Assembly: GCA_001771135.1 (NCBI GenBank)
Contig: MESW01000009.1
Location: forward strand, 23,436 to 87,435
Direction of reading: 5' to 3'
Source: a candidate division CPR3 bacterium GWF2_35_18
GTDB lineage: Bacteria; Patescibacteriota; CPR3; GWF2-35-18
DNA length: 64,000 nt
Below, one piece after another: positions 49,900 through 59,812 of this stretch. The first letter of the stretch is position 1. Each line of letters opens with the position of its first letter. The notes beneath the pieces are model-generated. The model searched no databases and had not been told where the DNA came from. It worked only from the letters and a program-made list of their open reading frames with translations. The translations under genes were made by a program, and so were the position numbers.

Positions 49900-50277
49900 C
49901 TAATTTGATTCTGTTTCTGATAATGTAAGTCCGCGACGCATACCTTTTCCCATTCCACCTCGTCCCCAATTTCCGCCATTTTCATCATAAAACTCATGCA
50001 TCTGATCAATCGTTTCCTGATCTTCACCATTCAAGTTAATCTGGATACCATCATCAGTCTTTGTTACAGTTCGTTCAATGTTATCATGTAAATTACGCAT
50101 CGTTTCCCCGTTAGCTCTAATCTGATCCCTTTCTTCCTGGGTCAGATTAGCATACATCGGACAATCAGTTGTTGAGATTTCGGTATCATCCGCTCTTACG
50201 GTTTGAAATACAAAACCACCCAAAGCCACTCCGATTGTTAAAGCTAAAGTGGATATAATTAAATTCTTCTTACTCAT
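49900..50277 (-). CDS. Secreted small protein with Gly/Met/Arg-rich tail
   Basis: Signal peptide ending VRA; GRGGMGKGMRRG; AGGAGGTGA upstream. Confidence 0.75.
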   Translation of the reverse strand: MSKKNLIISTLALTIGVALGGFVFQTVRADDTEISTTDCPMYANLTQEERDQIRANGETMRNLHDNIERTVTKTDDGIQINLNGEDQETIDQMHEFYDENGGNWGRGGMGKGMRRGLTLSETESN

Positions 50278-50342
50278 TAAAAATCACCTCCTTTTAATAA
50301 TCTATATCTACATTACAAGTTCAAAATCATTTTTCTTACATT

Positions 50343-51122
50343 TTACTGACAACTGCCTCCATAACAAGGTTGAATACTATTAATTCTCAACCTTCTATAA
50401 ATTCTAGTAACCCCAGTAATCCCATACGCTCTAAAAAATTCACCTTCCCAAATTCCGACAATCCGAAGCTCTGTTCCCAAATTAAATCCTAATCCCGAAG
50501 GAAAGATAGCCTCATTATCAACAATAACTTCTACTTCTTCTCCATGTGGAATCTCAATCGTTAAAACATCATTATCGTAATCAATATCTTTCAAAGTCCC
50601 TACAAGCCAAGCTTCTCCTTTATATTTGTGACCGTAAATTACCTGTAAATTCGATTCATTTTCGGCTATCTCATTCAATCCAATTTGATCCAGTAAAAAC
50701 CCTATTCCCACTGTAGAAACCAAAACTATTAAAATTAAAGCCATAAAATTTTTATGATATGAAAAATCGTACTGTTTGAGGAGCTCGATCCCGATAATAA
50801 CGGCAACGATTGCAATCACAATATGCCACCAAGGAAAAGTTTCAACAAAGGGTTGTAATCCAGTTAATCCAAAATCTAAAAACTTGAAGGGAACAAATAT
50901 TCGTAATTTATATAAAAATAGATTAAAAAGATAAATTGTTACAAGTAAAGAACAGATAACTCCTAAGGTTAGAATAGTTGATCCCAAAACAAAATATATC
51001 GGAGACCGCATCTTTACATGTTTCTGTTCAATTTCTTGCATCACCGATTCTGCAATATCGGGATCTAAATTTTCTTTTATGAGTTTATTTCGTTCCATCA
51101 AAACTTTTTTCTTTTTCTGCAT
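50343..51122 (-). CDS. Membrane protein, putative anti-sigma factor
   Basis: Three TMs plus an OB-fold-like C-terminus; directly downstream of an ECF sigma. Confidence 0.6.
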   Translation of the reverse strand: MQKKKKVLMERNKLIKENLDPDIAESVMQEIEQKHVKMRSPIYFVLGSTILTLGVICSLLVTIYLFNLFLYKLRIFVPFKFLDFGLTGLQPFVETFPWWHIVIAIVAVIIGIELLKQYDFSYHKNFMALILIVLVSTVGIGFLLDQIGLNEIAENESNLQVIYGHKYKGEAWLVGTLKDIDYDNDVLTIEIPHGEEVEVIVDNEAIFPSGLGFNLGTELRIVGIWEGEFFRAYGITGVTRIYRRLRINSIQPCYGGSCQ

Positions 51123-51215
51123 TTTTACCTCCTTTCTAGGGAGTTTTATATGCCCGAATTAACCTAAGTTAAAATAATGGTAATTCGGGTATACCCAACT
51201 TACCTTTTTTTAAAC

Positions 51216-51788
51216 TTAAGGATGTTGAGTATATAATTCAACTAACATTTTTTTAGCTCTGTTAATTCTGGTTCCCACTGCCCCTAAGGAAATCCTTAAA
51301 ACATCGCTAATCTCTTCATAAGACTTCTCTTCAAAATAATACAAAATGATTACCTCTTCATATTTAAAAGGTAATCTATGCACAGCTCTTTTCAAATTTT
51401 CGCGTAACTCTTTTTTTTCAAAAATTTCTTCAATGTTTTTTGTATGATCCAAAAAGACAGCTTCAAAATTTTCATTACCTTCCAGTGAAACTTCCCGATG
51501 ATACTTTTTTATGGCGTTAATTGATTCATTGTGGGCAATACGATACAACCAACTTGAGAATTTAAGATGACTATTAAATCCCTGTAGATTAATATAGCTC
51601 TTAATAAAAACATCCTGTACCACATCCGCCGCTTTGTCGTAATCAGGAATATAATATCCCACGTAACTTAGCAATTTTTTCTGATAACGACGAACCAAAA
51701 ATTCATAGAGATTATGATCTTTGGAAATAACCAATTTCACAATCTCTTCGTCGGACAAATTTTTATATTCTCGACTCTTTGTATTCAT
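51216..51788 (-). CDS. ECF (group 4) RNA polymerase sigma factor
   Basis: SDEEIV, RYQ, DVVQDVFIK, FSSWLYRIAHN, SYEEISDVL..GAV.TRINRAK. Confidence 0.93.
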   Translation of the reverse strand: MNTKSREYKNLSDEEIVKLVISKDHNLYEFLVRRYQKKLLSYVGYYIPDYDKAADVVQDVFIKSYINLQGFNSHLKFSSWLYRIAHNESINAIKKYHREVSLEGNENFEAVFLDHTKNIEEIFEKKELRENLKRAVHRLPFKYEEVIILYYFEEKSYEEISDVLRISLGAVGTRINRAKKMLVELYTQHP

Positions 51789-51892
51789 CTTGAGTTATAC
51801 AATTTATTACTAGTTTTTCTTTCTAAAAGACAAGTATCTTATAAAAAGATTAACCCACCTGTTTAGATCAAATTAAAATTCGATAGATATAT

Positions 51893-51931
51893 GAGTGAGT
51901 AACGCCTGACAATGTCATGCGTTATGCACTC
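51893..51931. repeat. Imperfect hairpin upstream of the ECF sigma gene
   Basis: gagtg/cactc, taacgc/gcgtta and a central TGACAATGTCA palindrome. Confidence 0.55.
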
Positions 51932-51981
51932 TAAATAGTAAAACTATTTTTGCTCTTAATTATTACTTTTAGGAGAAGATT

Positions 51982-52716
51982 TTACGAAGGAAATTGCAAA
52001 AAATATTGGATCTTTGCATTAGTTTGAAGTTCAGTAATCCACTCATTAACCGCAGTACTTTTTTTCTGTTGCAAAACTGTCTCTTTGGTTTGGTTCTGAA
52101 AATCTTCTGCACTAGTTCCTTCCGGCGCTGTTAACTTATTGGTATCAATATAGGTTTTAACCTCTTCATCGCTAACCGTAATACTAGCTAAAACAATTTT
52201 CTCCACAATTTTTTGTAATTTAATCTGTTTTCTAAAATCATTTAAAGTCATATTTTCTTCTTTTAAAGCGGCTTCTAATGTAGTACCGGAAGCGCTGATA
52301 CTCTGTTCTACGCTGGAAACCTGAGCATTAATTTCATCATCAGTCACAACCACCTTTTGCTCCTTAGCTTTTTGTAAAATCAATGTTTCAATAATAAGAT
52401 TATCCAAAGTTTCTTTTCCTGATTTTTTCTCCAGTTCACTGATTAGAGTCCCTCGGAAAATAGGAGTACCGTTTACAATCACGGGAATAAATTGTCCTTT
52501 AAAATAAAAAAGTAATCCCCCTAAAACAATCACTATAAAAAGTGGTAAACCATACTTAACTACTTTTGGATTTAAACTAAATGACTTGATTTTTTCAGAA
52601 TCTGGAGTAAAAGTTTTTTTTGAATCCAAATTTTTGGTAACAGGTAGTTCTTTAGAGACCTTTGTTTTCAAAGTTTTTTCTTTCTTTAATGAATCCTTTT
52701 TTGTTTTAGAAGGCAT
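51982..52716 (-). CDS. SurA-N/PrsA-like membrane-anchored chaperone lacking a parvulin domain
   Basis: TM, then IVNGTPI, LDNLI.E.LI.Q.A, VTDDEI, VSDEEVKTY, WI.EL..NAKI. Confidence 0.82.
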   Translation of the reverse strand: MPSKTKKDSLKKEKTLKTKVSKELPVTKNLDSKKTFTPDSEKIKSFSLNPKVVKYGLPLFIVIVLGGLLFYFKGQFIPVIVNGTPIFRGTLISELEKKSGKETLDNLIIETLILQKAKEQKVVVTDDEINAQVSSVEQSISASGTTLEAALKEENMTLNDFRKQIKLQKIVEKIVLASITVSDEEVKTYIDTNKLTAPEGTSAEDFQNQTKETVLQQKKSTAVNEWITELQTNAKIQYFLQFPS

Positions 52717-52900
52717 AATAATCCTTTTTATACCAAATTAACTTAAGATTAAATTGAGAAGTAGTTTTTCGGTATCTTCAACTACATTTTCAAATACTTA
52801 AAAACATACTATATCATATTTACATTACAATATGAAAATTGTGTGAAAATTATAAGTTAAAAGGCTTTCTTTCCACTCTCTGAATCTTTAATTCTAACAG

Positions 52901-54100
52901 CTATTCAGCCGGAAGAAGAAAAACTACAGATGTCGTATTATGAAAACCACTGAACTCTCCTTTGACGTAACAAACCTCTCCGTATGTTTCAAATCCAGAC
53001 AGCGGAATTTTGCCCAAAACTTTTTTGAATTCATCGACAGCCATATAAAAATCATTACCTAAAATGAGTCCCCGACAAACACAATCAAAAATTAAAGCTC
53101 CAGCAATAGCAGTATTTTCTGGAACTTCGGAAAGAGCTAGACTCACAGCCTTATTCGCTGATTCTGTTTGTTTCTCTTTGACGCTTTTCATAATGTTAAA
53201 AGATAATCCTTGCGGAATCGTACAAGCGAAATTAAGAGAACCATCCTTATTTTTACTTAAAGGAACTCTAATTTTATAATCATCATTTCCCATAGGAATT
53301 CCCATTTCGTAACAGATAAGATGATTTCCAATCTCTGTAGTTTCATTTAATTTATGAACATCGATTCCCTTTTTACTAGCATCAACGGCAGTTTTTTCCT
53401 GCCATACTTCCCATGCCGGACGATTATCGATTTCAAAAAGAACGCTACCTTGTGATTTGGTTACTTGTAAGGTTTCGCTCAAAACTATATGTCCATGTTT
53501 TACCCCAGTATAGAAAGGAGTTTTTGAATCAATCACACAAATACTAACGGCATCTGCCAAAACTAAATCATTACAGAAAACGAATGTTTGCTTAAATTTT
53601 AGATCATCTCCTGCAGCGCCACCTACCAATTTGGTCTCAATATCTAAAGCGTTTACGGCAGCAATTGCAATCTCTTCACCTTTACCAGCCAATCCATCCA
53701 TAAAAATAATTGCTGCTCGATGAGGATATTCTGCATTTTTTGGTGATACCTGAGAGACAATCTCTTTCATCACTAGATTTTCGTTTTCTTTAACTCCGGA
53801 GGCTGAAGCCGTAGAGAATTTCATTTTGTCAGATGAAATTAAAGTTACCGCAACACTTCCATTTTCCACCGCTTCTTCATTGAATTCTCCCCCGGTGGAA
53901 CATCCTATTAACGGTGCATTCTGAGTAAATTTTCGAACAGTAGCAACAACATCTTCATAGTTATAATTAGTCGCACTATAAACAATGGTAAGATCTATTC
54001 TTTGTTCTCCCAATTTCTTTTTAGCAATTTCTACCGCTTCTTGCGCCACCTTTATTCCATCCTCACCTTTTGAAAGTCCAGTAGCCATTTTTGTACTCAT
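52901..54100 (-). CDS. Stand-alone FIST (FIST_N + FIST_C) domain protein
   Basis: IGCSTGGE, GGAAGDD, FDCVCR, GFETYGE, FHNTT. Confidence 0.9.
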   Translation of the reverse strand: MSTKMATGLSKGEDGIKVAQEAVEIAKKKLGEQRIDLTIVYSATNYNYEDVVATVRKFTQNAPLIGCSTGGEFNEEAVENGSVAVTLISSDKMKFSTASASGVKENENLVMKEIVSQVSPKNAEYPHRAAIIFMDGLAGKGEEIAIAAVNALDIETKLVGGAAGDDLKFKQTFVFCNDLVLADAVSICVIDSKTPFYTGVKHGHIVLSETLQVTKSQGSVLFEIDNRPAWEVWQEKTAVDASKKGIDVHKLNETTEIGNHLICYEMGIPMGNDDYKIRVPLSKNKDGSLNFACTIPQGLSFNIMKSVKEKQTESANKAVSLALSEVPENTAIAGALIFDCVCRGLILGNDFYMAVDEFKKVLGKIPLSGFETYGEVCYVKGEFSGFHNTTSVVFLLPAE

Positions 54101-54147
54101 GAATAAACTCCTTTTTTACATTGAGAAACTATTTACAAACTAAAGCT

Positions 54148-54390
54148 TTAATCTGATAAACCTTTACAAATTAAATTTATTTTGAGATTACGGGCGACAA
54201 ATGCTACGTATCCACCATAAGAAATTAAAGCTTCCAAAATTTTCATCATCTCCTCAGTGTTATATTCATTTTTATCTTCCAATCCAGATTTTACGATTGC
54301 TCCACTTATCTCCTGATCTATCACTGCTGCATCCTGAAAAAGCTTCAGTTTTTCTCGAATAACATCTTTATTCCAAAGAACTTCTGCCAT
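54148..54390 (-). CDS. Small helical protein upstream of the FIST gene
   Basis: 80 aa; AGGAGG upstream; same strand as FIST. Confidence 0.75.
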   Translation of the reverse strand: MAEVLWNKDVIREKLKLFQDAAVIDQEISGAIVKSGLEDKNEYNTEEMMKILEALISYGGYVAFVARNLKINLICKGLSD

Positions 54391-54431
54391 TAAGAATCCT
54401 CCTTTATCTCAAATTGAATTTAATCGCTAGA

Positions 54432-54743
54432 TTATACTTTCTTAATCTTCGCCTTATATTTATTCAGTTGTACCTCAATCTTTTCACGCAGATCTGTTAA
54501 ACAGGCGAGTAAATCTTTATTAATTGCTTCTGCAAAGATGTGTTCTTTGATAGGTAAAAGTGCATCAAATTTTACTTTAAACCCCCACCTACTTCTTTTA
54601 TTAATTGTCACGTTCGCGCTTAAACTTTCTACATTACTAATTTTATTTAAAAGTCGATTCAGTTCCTTTCCGATTTTTTCATCAATATATTCTCTAATTT
54701 GATCGTTAAGCTCAATATTTTCAGCATTAATAATAATTTTCAT
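54432..54743 (-). CDS. raiA: Ribosome hibernation factor HPF/RaiA
   Basis: MKIIINAENIEL...REYIDEKI, AEA..DL...LEVQL.KYK pattern. Confidence 0.8.
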   Translation of the reverse strand: MKIIINAENIELNDQIREYIDEKIGKELNRLLNKISNVESLSANVTINKRSRWGFKVKFDALLPIKEHIFAEAINKDLLACLTDLREKIEVQLNKYKAKIKKV

Positions 54744-54761
54744 CTGCTTTACAAATCCTTT

Positions 54762-55412
54762 CTATTTTTTTCTTAAAATCAAGATGCTTAAAATAATATT
54801 CAGAATAACCGATAATCCTAAACTAACATATATAAAATATATCCAATTCGGAAAACCTTCACAAGATTCTGGATATTCTTGAGTTGTCGTTGTAGCCGTA
54901 GTTTCTTTTACCTCAGCACTTTTAGTCGCGCTTTTGGTACTTTGATCTGTCTTTACCGTTATTGATGGAGAATCAGTTTCAACTTTATAAAGACGTACTG
55001 TTCCGTTTCCGGACGGAATGGAACATTGACGCGGATTGGCAACCACAGCTTCATATAAACCTTTTGGAAACACCTTGTCGATTTTTAGATCTCCATTGCA
55101 CCAAGCAGTCTGATAAGAATCACATTGACTGCGAATTACCTCTCCAGAAAGGAAATCCTGACCATCTTTTTTGACCGTAAAAGCAAGCTCTGTCTCCCCA
55201 CTATTCCATTTGTACCAAACTTGAAAAAGATCAACCTGAAGGTCTTCGGTCAAAGTCCAAGTTGTGCTATCTGTATAGCTGCATGTTCCTAGATAATGAT
55301 TACTGGTATCAAAAATTACAGTCTGAACATCGGCAGCCTTTACCGGAATTGCGAAAACGACTAGAAGAATCAAGGTAAATAGAAAAGGGAAAAAGATAGA
55401 ATATTTTTTCAT
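54762..55412 (-). CDS. Secreted protein with Ser/Thr linker and C-terminal TM anchor
   Basis: Signal peptide (VKA), Cys-containing domain, T-rich stalk, TM followed by RKK. Confidence 0.75.
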   Translation of the reverse strand: MKKYSIFFPFLFTLILLVVFAIPVKAADVQTVIFDTSNHYLGTCSYTDSTTWTLTEDLQVDLFQVWYKWNSGETELAFTVKKDGQDFLSGEVIRSQCDSYQTAWCNGDLKIDKVFPKGLYEAVVANPRQCSIPSGNGTVRLYKVETDSPSITVKTDQSTKSATKSAEVKETTATTTTQEYPESCEGFPNWIYFIYVSLGLSVILNIILSILILRKK

Positions 55413-55701
55413 CGCTGGTCTCCTTAATTTCCATACTAACATCTTTAAAATAATTAGCAATTATTAGAATTCAAATCTGATATTTAAGATTGGTTGTGAA
55501 TTTCCAAATATATAATTAATTTTTATAGGGAGGTTAAATAAATTCTTATGTTTTATTTACAATATCTAAAAGCAGAGCTTTTTCGCCGTTTTGGAAAAAC
55601 TTTAAGGTATGAATTTTAATGAAATTCACGCTGAAACGATACTATACTGCATTAATTAACTAAAAATGAAATTTCTGTTTAAGAAAAGGATTGAATAAAG
55701 A

Positions 55702-56070
55702 TTATTTTCCTGCTGGACATTCTTTCCGATAATATGCCCATTCTTCACAAATTGTCCCGTCTGCCAAAGTACAATATCCGGTTTGTCCCTCCTCATCTTC
55801 ACGGATATTGAGTATCCCCCCATTTTCTATGCAATAAACCGAAGCCGGATTGGCTCTTCCGGCAGAATTAGATGACTCTGTAGTTTCATTATTTTGCGTC
55901 TCTGTTATTGCACACTCAATCGTCGGTTTTGGAGCAAAAGGATTTCCGTGTTTCACCCACTGCCCATTTTCACAGGTCCAGGTATCTTCATCTCTGCGTA
56001 GAAAAAGAAGTATTCCAAAAAGGACAATTACAATTCCGATAGCCACAATTAAATAATGGCTTTTTTTCAT
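55702..56070 (-). CDS. DUF333-domain protein
   Basis: ANPASVYCIENGG...GYC.L.DG..CEEW; N-terminal TM and W.C.NG.WVKHG.P motif. Confidence 0.85.
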   Translation of the reverse strand: MKKSHYLIVAIGIVIVLFGILLFLRRDEDTWTCENGQWVKHGNPFAPKPTIECAITETQNNETTESSNSAGRANPASVYCIENGGILNIREDEEGQTGYCTLADGTICEEWAYYRKECPAGK

Positions 56071-56117
56071 AATAGAACCTCCATTAAATATGGAGTTTAC
56101 AAAATTATTTTGAGTTT

Positions 56118-56852
56118 TTAATTTAAACTCCTATATTTCTGATATAAAACCGATATATTAAAAGGAAAAATAATCAAGGCATTTATCCCGTTAAACATCA
56201 ACTGTTCAAAGAATAATGGCAATTTCAAAGCTTCGGAGATCATCGCCGTAGTGGCATTCGGAATTATAAAAATCAGAAGCATCATAATTAAGGTTAGAAC
56301 AACGCTAACAAAATGACCTTTGACTTTCAAACGACTATCTTCCAACGCCTGATACCCGGTTTTCCCTTCGATTATATAAGCTAATGGCGCAAAAATAAAC
56401 CAGGTCAGAAAAATTAAACCGGGGATTATAAGCAGAATTGAACCACCAATAAATGAAATTCCTATTAGTATCATAATTATCAAAAAGTGAAACAAGTGTT
56501 TAAAAGCTTTATGGTATATTTCCAAAACTTTCAGTTTTTGATTTTCAGTCTTTTGAAGTAAAAAGAAAGTAATCAGTAAAATAATCATTCCTCCGGCAAA
56601 GACGATAAAACCTAACGGTAAAAGTAATTTACCGATCTGTCCCATTTCCGGAGTCATTAACCCCCACTCATCGGTTTTCATCCCTAAAGTGCCTTCAAAA
56701 TAATAACTACCCGGAACTCCGATCAACATATAGATTAAGGCAAGCTGTAGGATTTTTAGATAATTCATCCGGAAGAACTTAAATGCCTCTGCAAAAACTT
56801 GGAAAAAAGATGTTGGATACGTTTGTGATATTGGCTCTTGTGAACTTTTCAT
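56118..56852 (-). CDS. Polytopic membrane protein
   Basis: About 6 TMs; LLIIPGL...AL..S..KVKG pattern. Confidence 0.72.
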   Translation of the reverse strand: MKSSQEPISQTYPTSFFQVFAEAFKFFRMNYLKILQLALIYMLIGVPGSYYFEGTLGMKTDEWGLMTPEMGQIGKLLLPLGFIVFAGGMIILLITFFLLQKTENQKLKVLEIYHKAFKHLFHFLIIMILIGISFIGGSILLIIPGLIFLTWFIFAPLAYIIEGKTGYQALEDSRLKVKGHFVSVVLTLIMMLLIFIIPNATTAMISEALKLPLFFEQLMFNGINALIIFPFNISVLYQKYRSLN

Positions 56853-56898
56853 ATTTAACTCCCGTTAATACTAATGGTAGCATTAAATTACTATTATG

Positions 56899-58188
56899 TT
56901 AAATATTCTTTTTAGTTTTTTTAGAAAAATTGAGTTTCATGGTTACAATTTTGTCAGTCGAAAAGATCTTCGCCGCAATAATCACAAAAATAATAAAGAC
57001 TACTAGCTGATAAATAATACCGTAGATTACAAAAGAGTAGTTGTGAAGATATAGGTTTGGTGCCGCCAAAAAAATATGCGAAAAAGGAATCGCGTAAACC
57101 GCATAACGCATTATCGGGCTCATATTATTAAGATCGATAAACATGGTAAAAAAATAGGGAATCATGACCAAAACCATCACCGGCGTTGTTAAACCTGCGA
57201 CACTTTTTACATCTTCAGCAAATGAACCCAAAATTAAAGAGATTGCCAACGCCACTAAAATACCGATAAATAGAGAAAGGCCCAAGAGCAAATAATTCTG
57301 GGGCGTAAAGGTCAATCCCAATTGACTCATAACCTCGCCTATTTGTGAAGAAGCTTCTTCACTCCCAACTACTCCGTTAATATAGCTTTTGAAACCGATC
57401 ATATATACTCCAGAAGATAGCAAGGCAATGAGTCCTGCTGCGGTCATCTTGGCTACCACAATTGCATGCCGAGAAATGGGAGTAGTCAGCAGTGTTTCCA
57501 AGGTTTTATTCTCTTTTTCATTAGCTATTGCGGTGGCGATCATCTGTGAAGCAAAAACCACCACCATAAAAAGAATGATGGGAATAAATAAAGTCTGCTG
57601 CGAAACAAAACCCATAATTGCCGCGGGGCTGATATTGGCTTTTTTATCTCCTACGACGATAAATTCATCCACCTGAATGGGATTTTTCAGCACTTCCGGA
57701 GAAACTCCGGAAACTTTTTGTGACAGCAGTGAGTTGCTGAATGATTCATTCACAACTACAAGCGCGGTCATGAGATTACTGTAGTTGCGTCCACCCAGAA
57801 GAGTGAGATCGCGAATAATGGTATACGTTCCGATTTTAAGAGGTGTAAGCTCAGTAATGCTTTTTTCAAAACCATTTGGAATTACAAACAAAGCCGCTTT
57901 GTTTTCTGTACTGGTTCTTGTTAGGGCTGTTTCCATATCCACATCTGTAAGTAGCTCTACATTTAAATTCGCAGTTTTGAGGATTTCGATAATCTGATTG
58001 GAAGTAGCGTTATCAGTGTCTTCATTTAAGACAATTACATCGAGAGGCTTTTTCGCTTTTTCCTGTTCCTCGCTCATTACTCTCCCAATGAAACCAAAAA
58101 GAACCGAAGTAATAATAAGGGGTAAAATAATCTGTAGAGTAAGAAGCTCTCTGATTTCTTTTTTCAATAAAATTAAAAACTTTCGCAT
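56899..58188 (-). CDS. NatB-like ABC-2 permease
   Basis: KKEIREL, IANEKENKTLETLLTTPISR, AIPF.H. Confidence 0.88.
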   Translation of the reverse strand: MRKFLILLKKEIRELLTLQIILPLIITSVLFGFIGRVMSEEQEKAKKPLDVIVLNEDTDNATSNQIIEILKTANLNVELLTDVDMETALTRTSTENKAALFVIPNGFEKSITELTPLKIGTYTIIRDLTLLGGRNYSNLMTALVVVNESFSNSLLSQKVSGVSPEVLKNPIQVDEFIVVGDKKANISPAAIMGFVSQQTLFIPIILFMVVVFASQMIATAIANEKENKTLETLLTTPISRHAIVVAKMTAAGLIALLSSGVYMIGFKSYINGVVGSEEASSQIGEVMSQLGLTFTPQNYLLLGLSLFIGILVALAISLILGSFAEDVKSVAGLTTPVMVLVMIPYFFTMFIDLNNMSPIMRYAVYAIPFSHIFLAAPNLYLHNYSFVIYGIIYQLVVFIIFVIIAAKIFSTDKIVTMKLNFSKKTKKNI

Positions 58189-58256
58189 AGTCTCTTAAAT
58201 CCTAAACAAATTAGAATTTGTAATTTTTTTAGAGTTTAGTTTTTATTATTTCGAAT

Positions 58257-58982
58257 TTACTTTTTAGTTGCTTTGACGAAAACTTCTTCCAGATTTTCAG
58301 CTTTATATTTTTCTTTGAGATCTTGCGGCGTCCCAATCTCATGAATCTTCCCTTTATCAATAATCGCCACCCGATCTGAAAGCATTTCAATTTCTAACAT
58401 ATTATGGCTGGAAAGTAAAACCGTGGTTCCATGATTCGTCATTTCTTTTACCTTGTCCCGAATCTCAATCGCATTCACAACATCTAGACCGCTAGTCGGC
58501 TCATCCAGAATCGCGAGTTTCGGACTCACCATTACGGTCCGGCCAATCAATAATTTTCGCGTCATTCCTTTGCTGTAGGTACTGGTTTTATCTTTGAGTC
58601 GCAGATCGAGACCACTGATCTCTTTTCCCAGTTCTACATAATCTTTCATCTTTTTCACATTATCAGAATAGAGTCCGGCCATGAATTGCAGATACTGCAT
58701 TCCGGTCAGATTTTTGTAAGCCCCCGAGTCTTCGGGTAAGTAGCTAATTAGCTCACGGACGCGTGAAGCTTCTTTCACAACATCAAGACCATAGATAAAA
58801 ACTTCACCGGAGGTCGGGGATAAAAGAGTGGCAATAATTTTCAAAGTCGTGGACTTCCCGGCCCCGTTTGGACCGATCAGAGCAAAGATTTCGTGAGGAC
58901 GCACTGTGAAGGAAATATCAGAAACTGCTTCGACATTACCATATTTTTTAGTGAGATTTCTCACCGTTAACGCATTTTCCAT
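58257..58982 (-). CDS. NatA-like ABC ATP-binding protein
   Basis: GPNGAGKST, YSKGM, LDEPTSGLD, SSH. Confidence 0.92.
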   Translation of the reverse strand: MENALTVRNLTKKYGNVEAVSDISFTVRPHEIFALIGPNGAGKSTTLKIIATLLSPTSGEVFIYGLDVVKEASRVRELISYLPEDSGAYKNLTGMQYLQFMAGLYSDNVKKMKDYVELGKEISGLDLRLKDKTSTYSKGMTRKLLIGRTVMVSPKLAILDEPTSGLDVVNAIEIRDKVKEMTNHGTTVLLSSHNMLEIEMLSDRVAIIDKGKIHEIGTPQDLKEKYKAENLEEVFVKATKK

Positions 58983-59037
58983 ATGGGTTCATTATAGCGG
59001 ATATAGAAGAGTTTGGGAAATTAGTAAAAAAGATTAG

Positions 59038-59553
59038 TCATAAATCACACAGTTTTAATTCTAAATTTTCCATTTCTTTTTGTGAAAGATTTCTTAGACC
59101 ACTTAATTTCAATTTTTTCCCAAGTTTTTGTGCTTCTATAGCTCTTGGTTTAAGTTCTTCTGGTATATCTTGAAATGATATATGATGTGAATCTTTATAA
59201 TATATTCCTTTAGAATATTTATTAAAAAATTCATTTATATCTTTAACGTATTTTCCATAATTACGGTTTGGTAATCTTGTATATAGAATAAATTCTTGAT
59301 CCTTGTTATTAATATCAACGATAAAGTCCTGTTTAAATCTTTCAGGACGAGAAAGATAATCATATGCAAATATACCTATAATTTTATCTTTGGGTACTAG
59401 TTTAGAATATGATATTACTATTGCTAATAAAGCGATAAATCTTTTGGGATAAATAATTTTCAAGGCTGCAAAAAAATCTGGATGCTTCTTTAACCAGTGT
59501 CTAATTCCACTAGAAAATGGCATCATTTGTATGATAATTTCTTCTCTAGTCAT
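59038..59553 (-). CDS. Hypothetical protein (very AT-rich)
   Basis: 171-aa ORF with no recognised motif. Confidence 0.65.
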   Translation of the reverse strand: MTREEIIIQMMPFSSGIRHWLKKHPDFFAALKIIYPKRFIALLAIVISYSKLVPKDKIIGIFAYDYLSRPERFKQDFIVDINNKDQEFILYTRLPNRNYGKYVKDINEFFNKYSKGIYYKDSHHISFQDIPEELKPRAIEAQKLGKKLKLSGLRNLSQKEMENLELKLCDL

Positions 59554-59639
59554 ATAAATTATAAACAGGTATATTTATAAATAAATATTACTAAAGTATA
59601 GCATTTATACCTTGTAATAACAACGAAAAACGGCATTTT

Positions 59640-59718
59640 TGTCATTCCCGATTCAATCGGGAATCTAGAGAGATAAATAGGAAAATTATATAGATTCCTG
59701 GTCAAGCCCGGAATGACA
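59640..59718. repeat. GTCATTCC...GGAATGAC-type palindromic repeat element (REP/RPE-like)
   Basis: tgtcattcccg-attcaat-cgggaatcta...tagattcctg-gtcaagc-ccggaatgaca. Confidence 0.8.
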
Positions 59719-59764
59719 ATAGGATGGGATAACAAGAAAATTGAAAGGAAGAAAACAACTAACA

Positions 59765-59794
59765 GGGGTGATACCCCTTAAGGGGTATCACCCC
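59765..59794. repeat. Perfect 30-bp REP-like palindrome
   Basis: ggggtgatacccctt|aaggggtatcacccc; each arm is itself a GGGGT-N3-ACCCC hairpin. Confidence 0.85.
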
Positions 59795-59812
59795 AAAAGA
59801 ACATTTAAACTG

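Noticed and set aside
58189-58256. AAATCCTAAACAA shared with the 16629 repeat arm
   Set aside because: A 13-nt match in very AT-rich intergenic DNA; not enough to claim a relationship.
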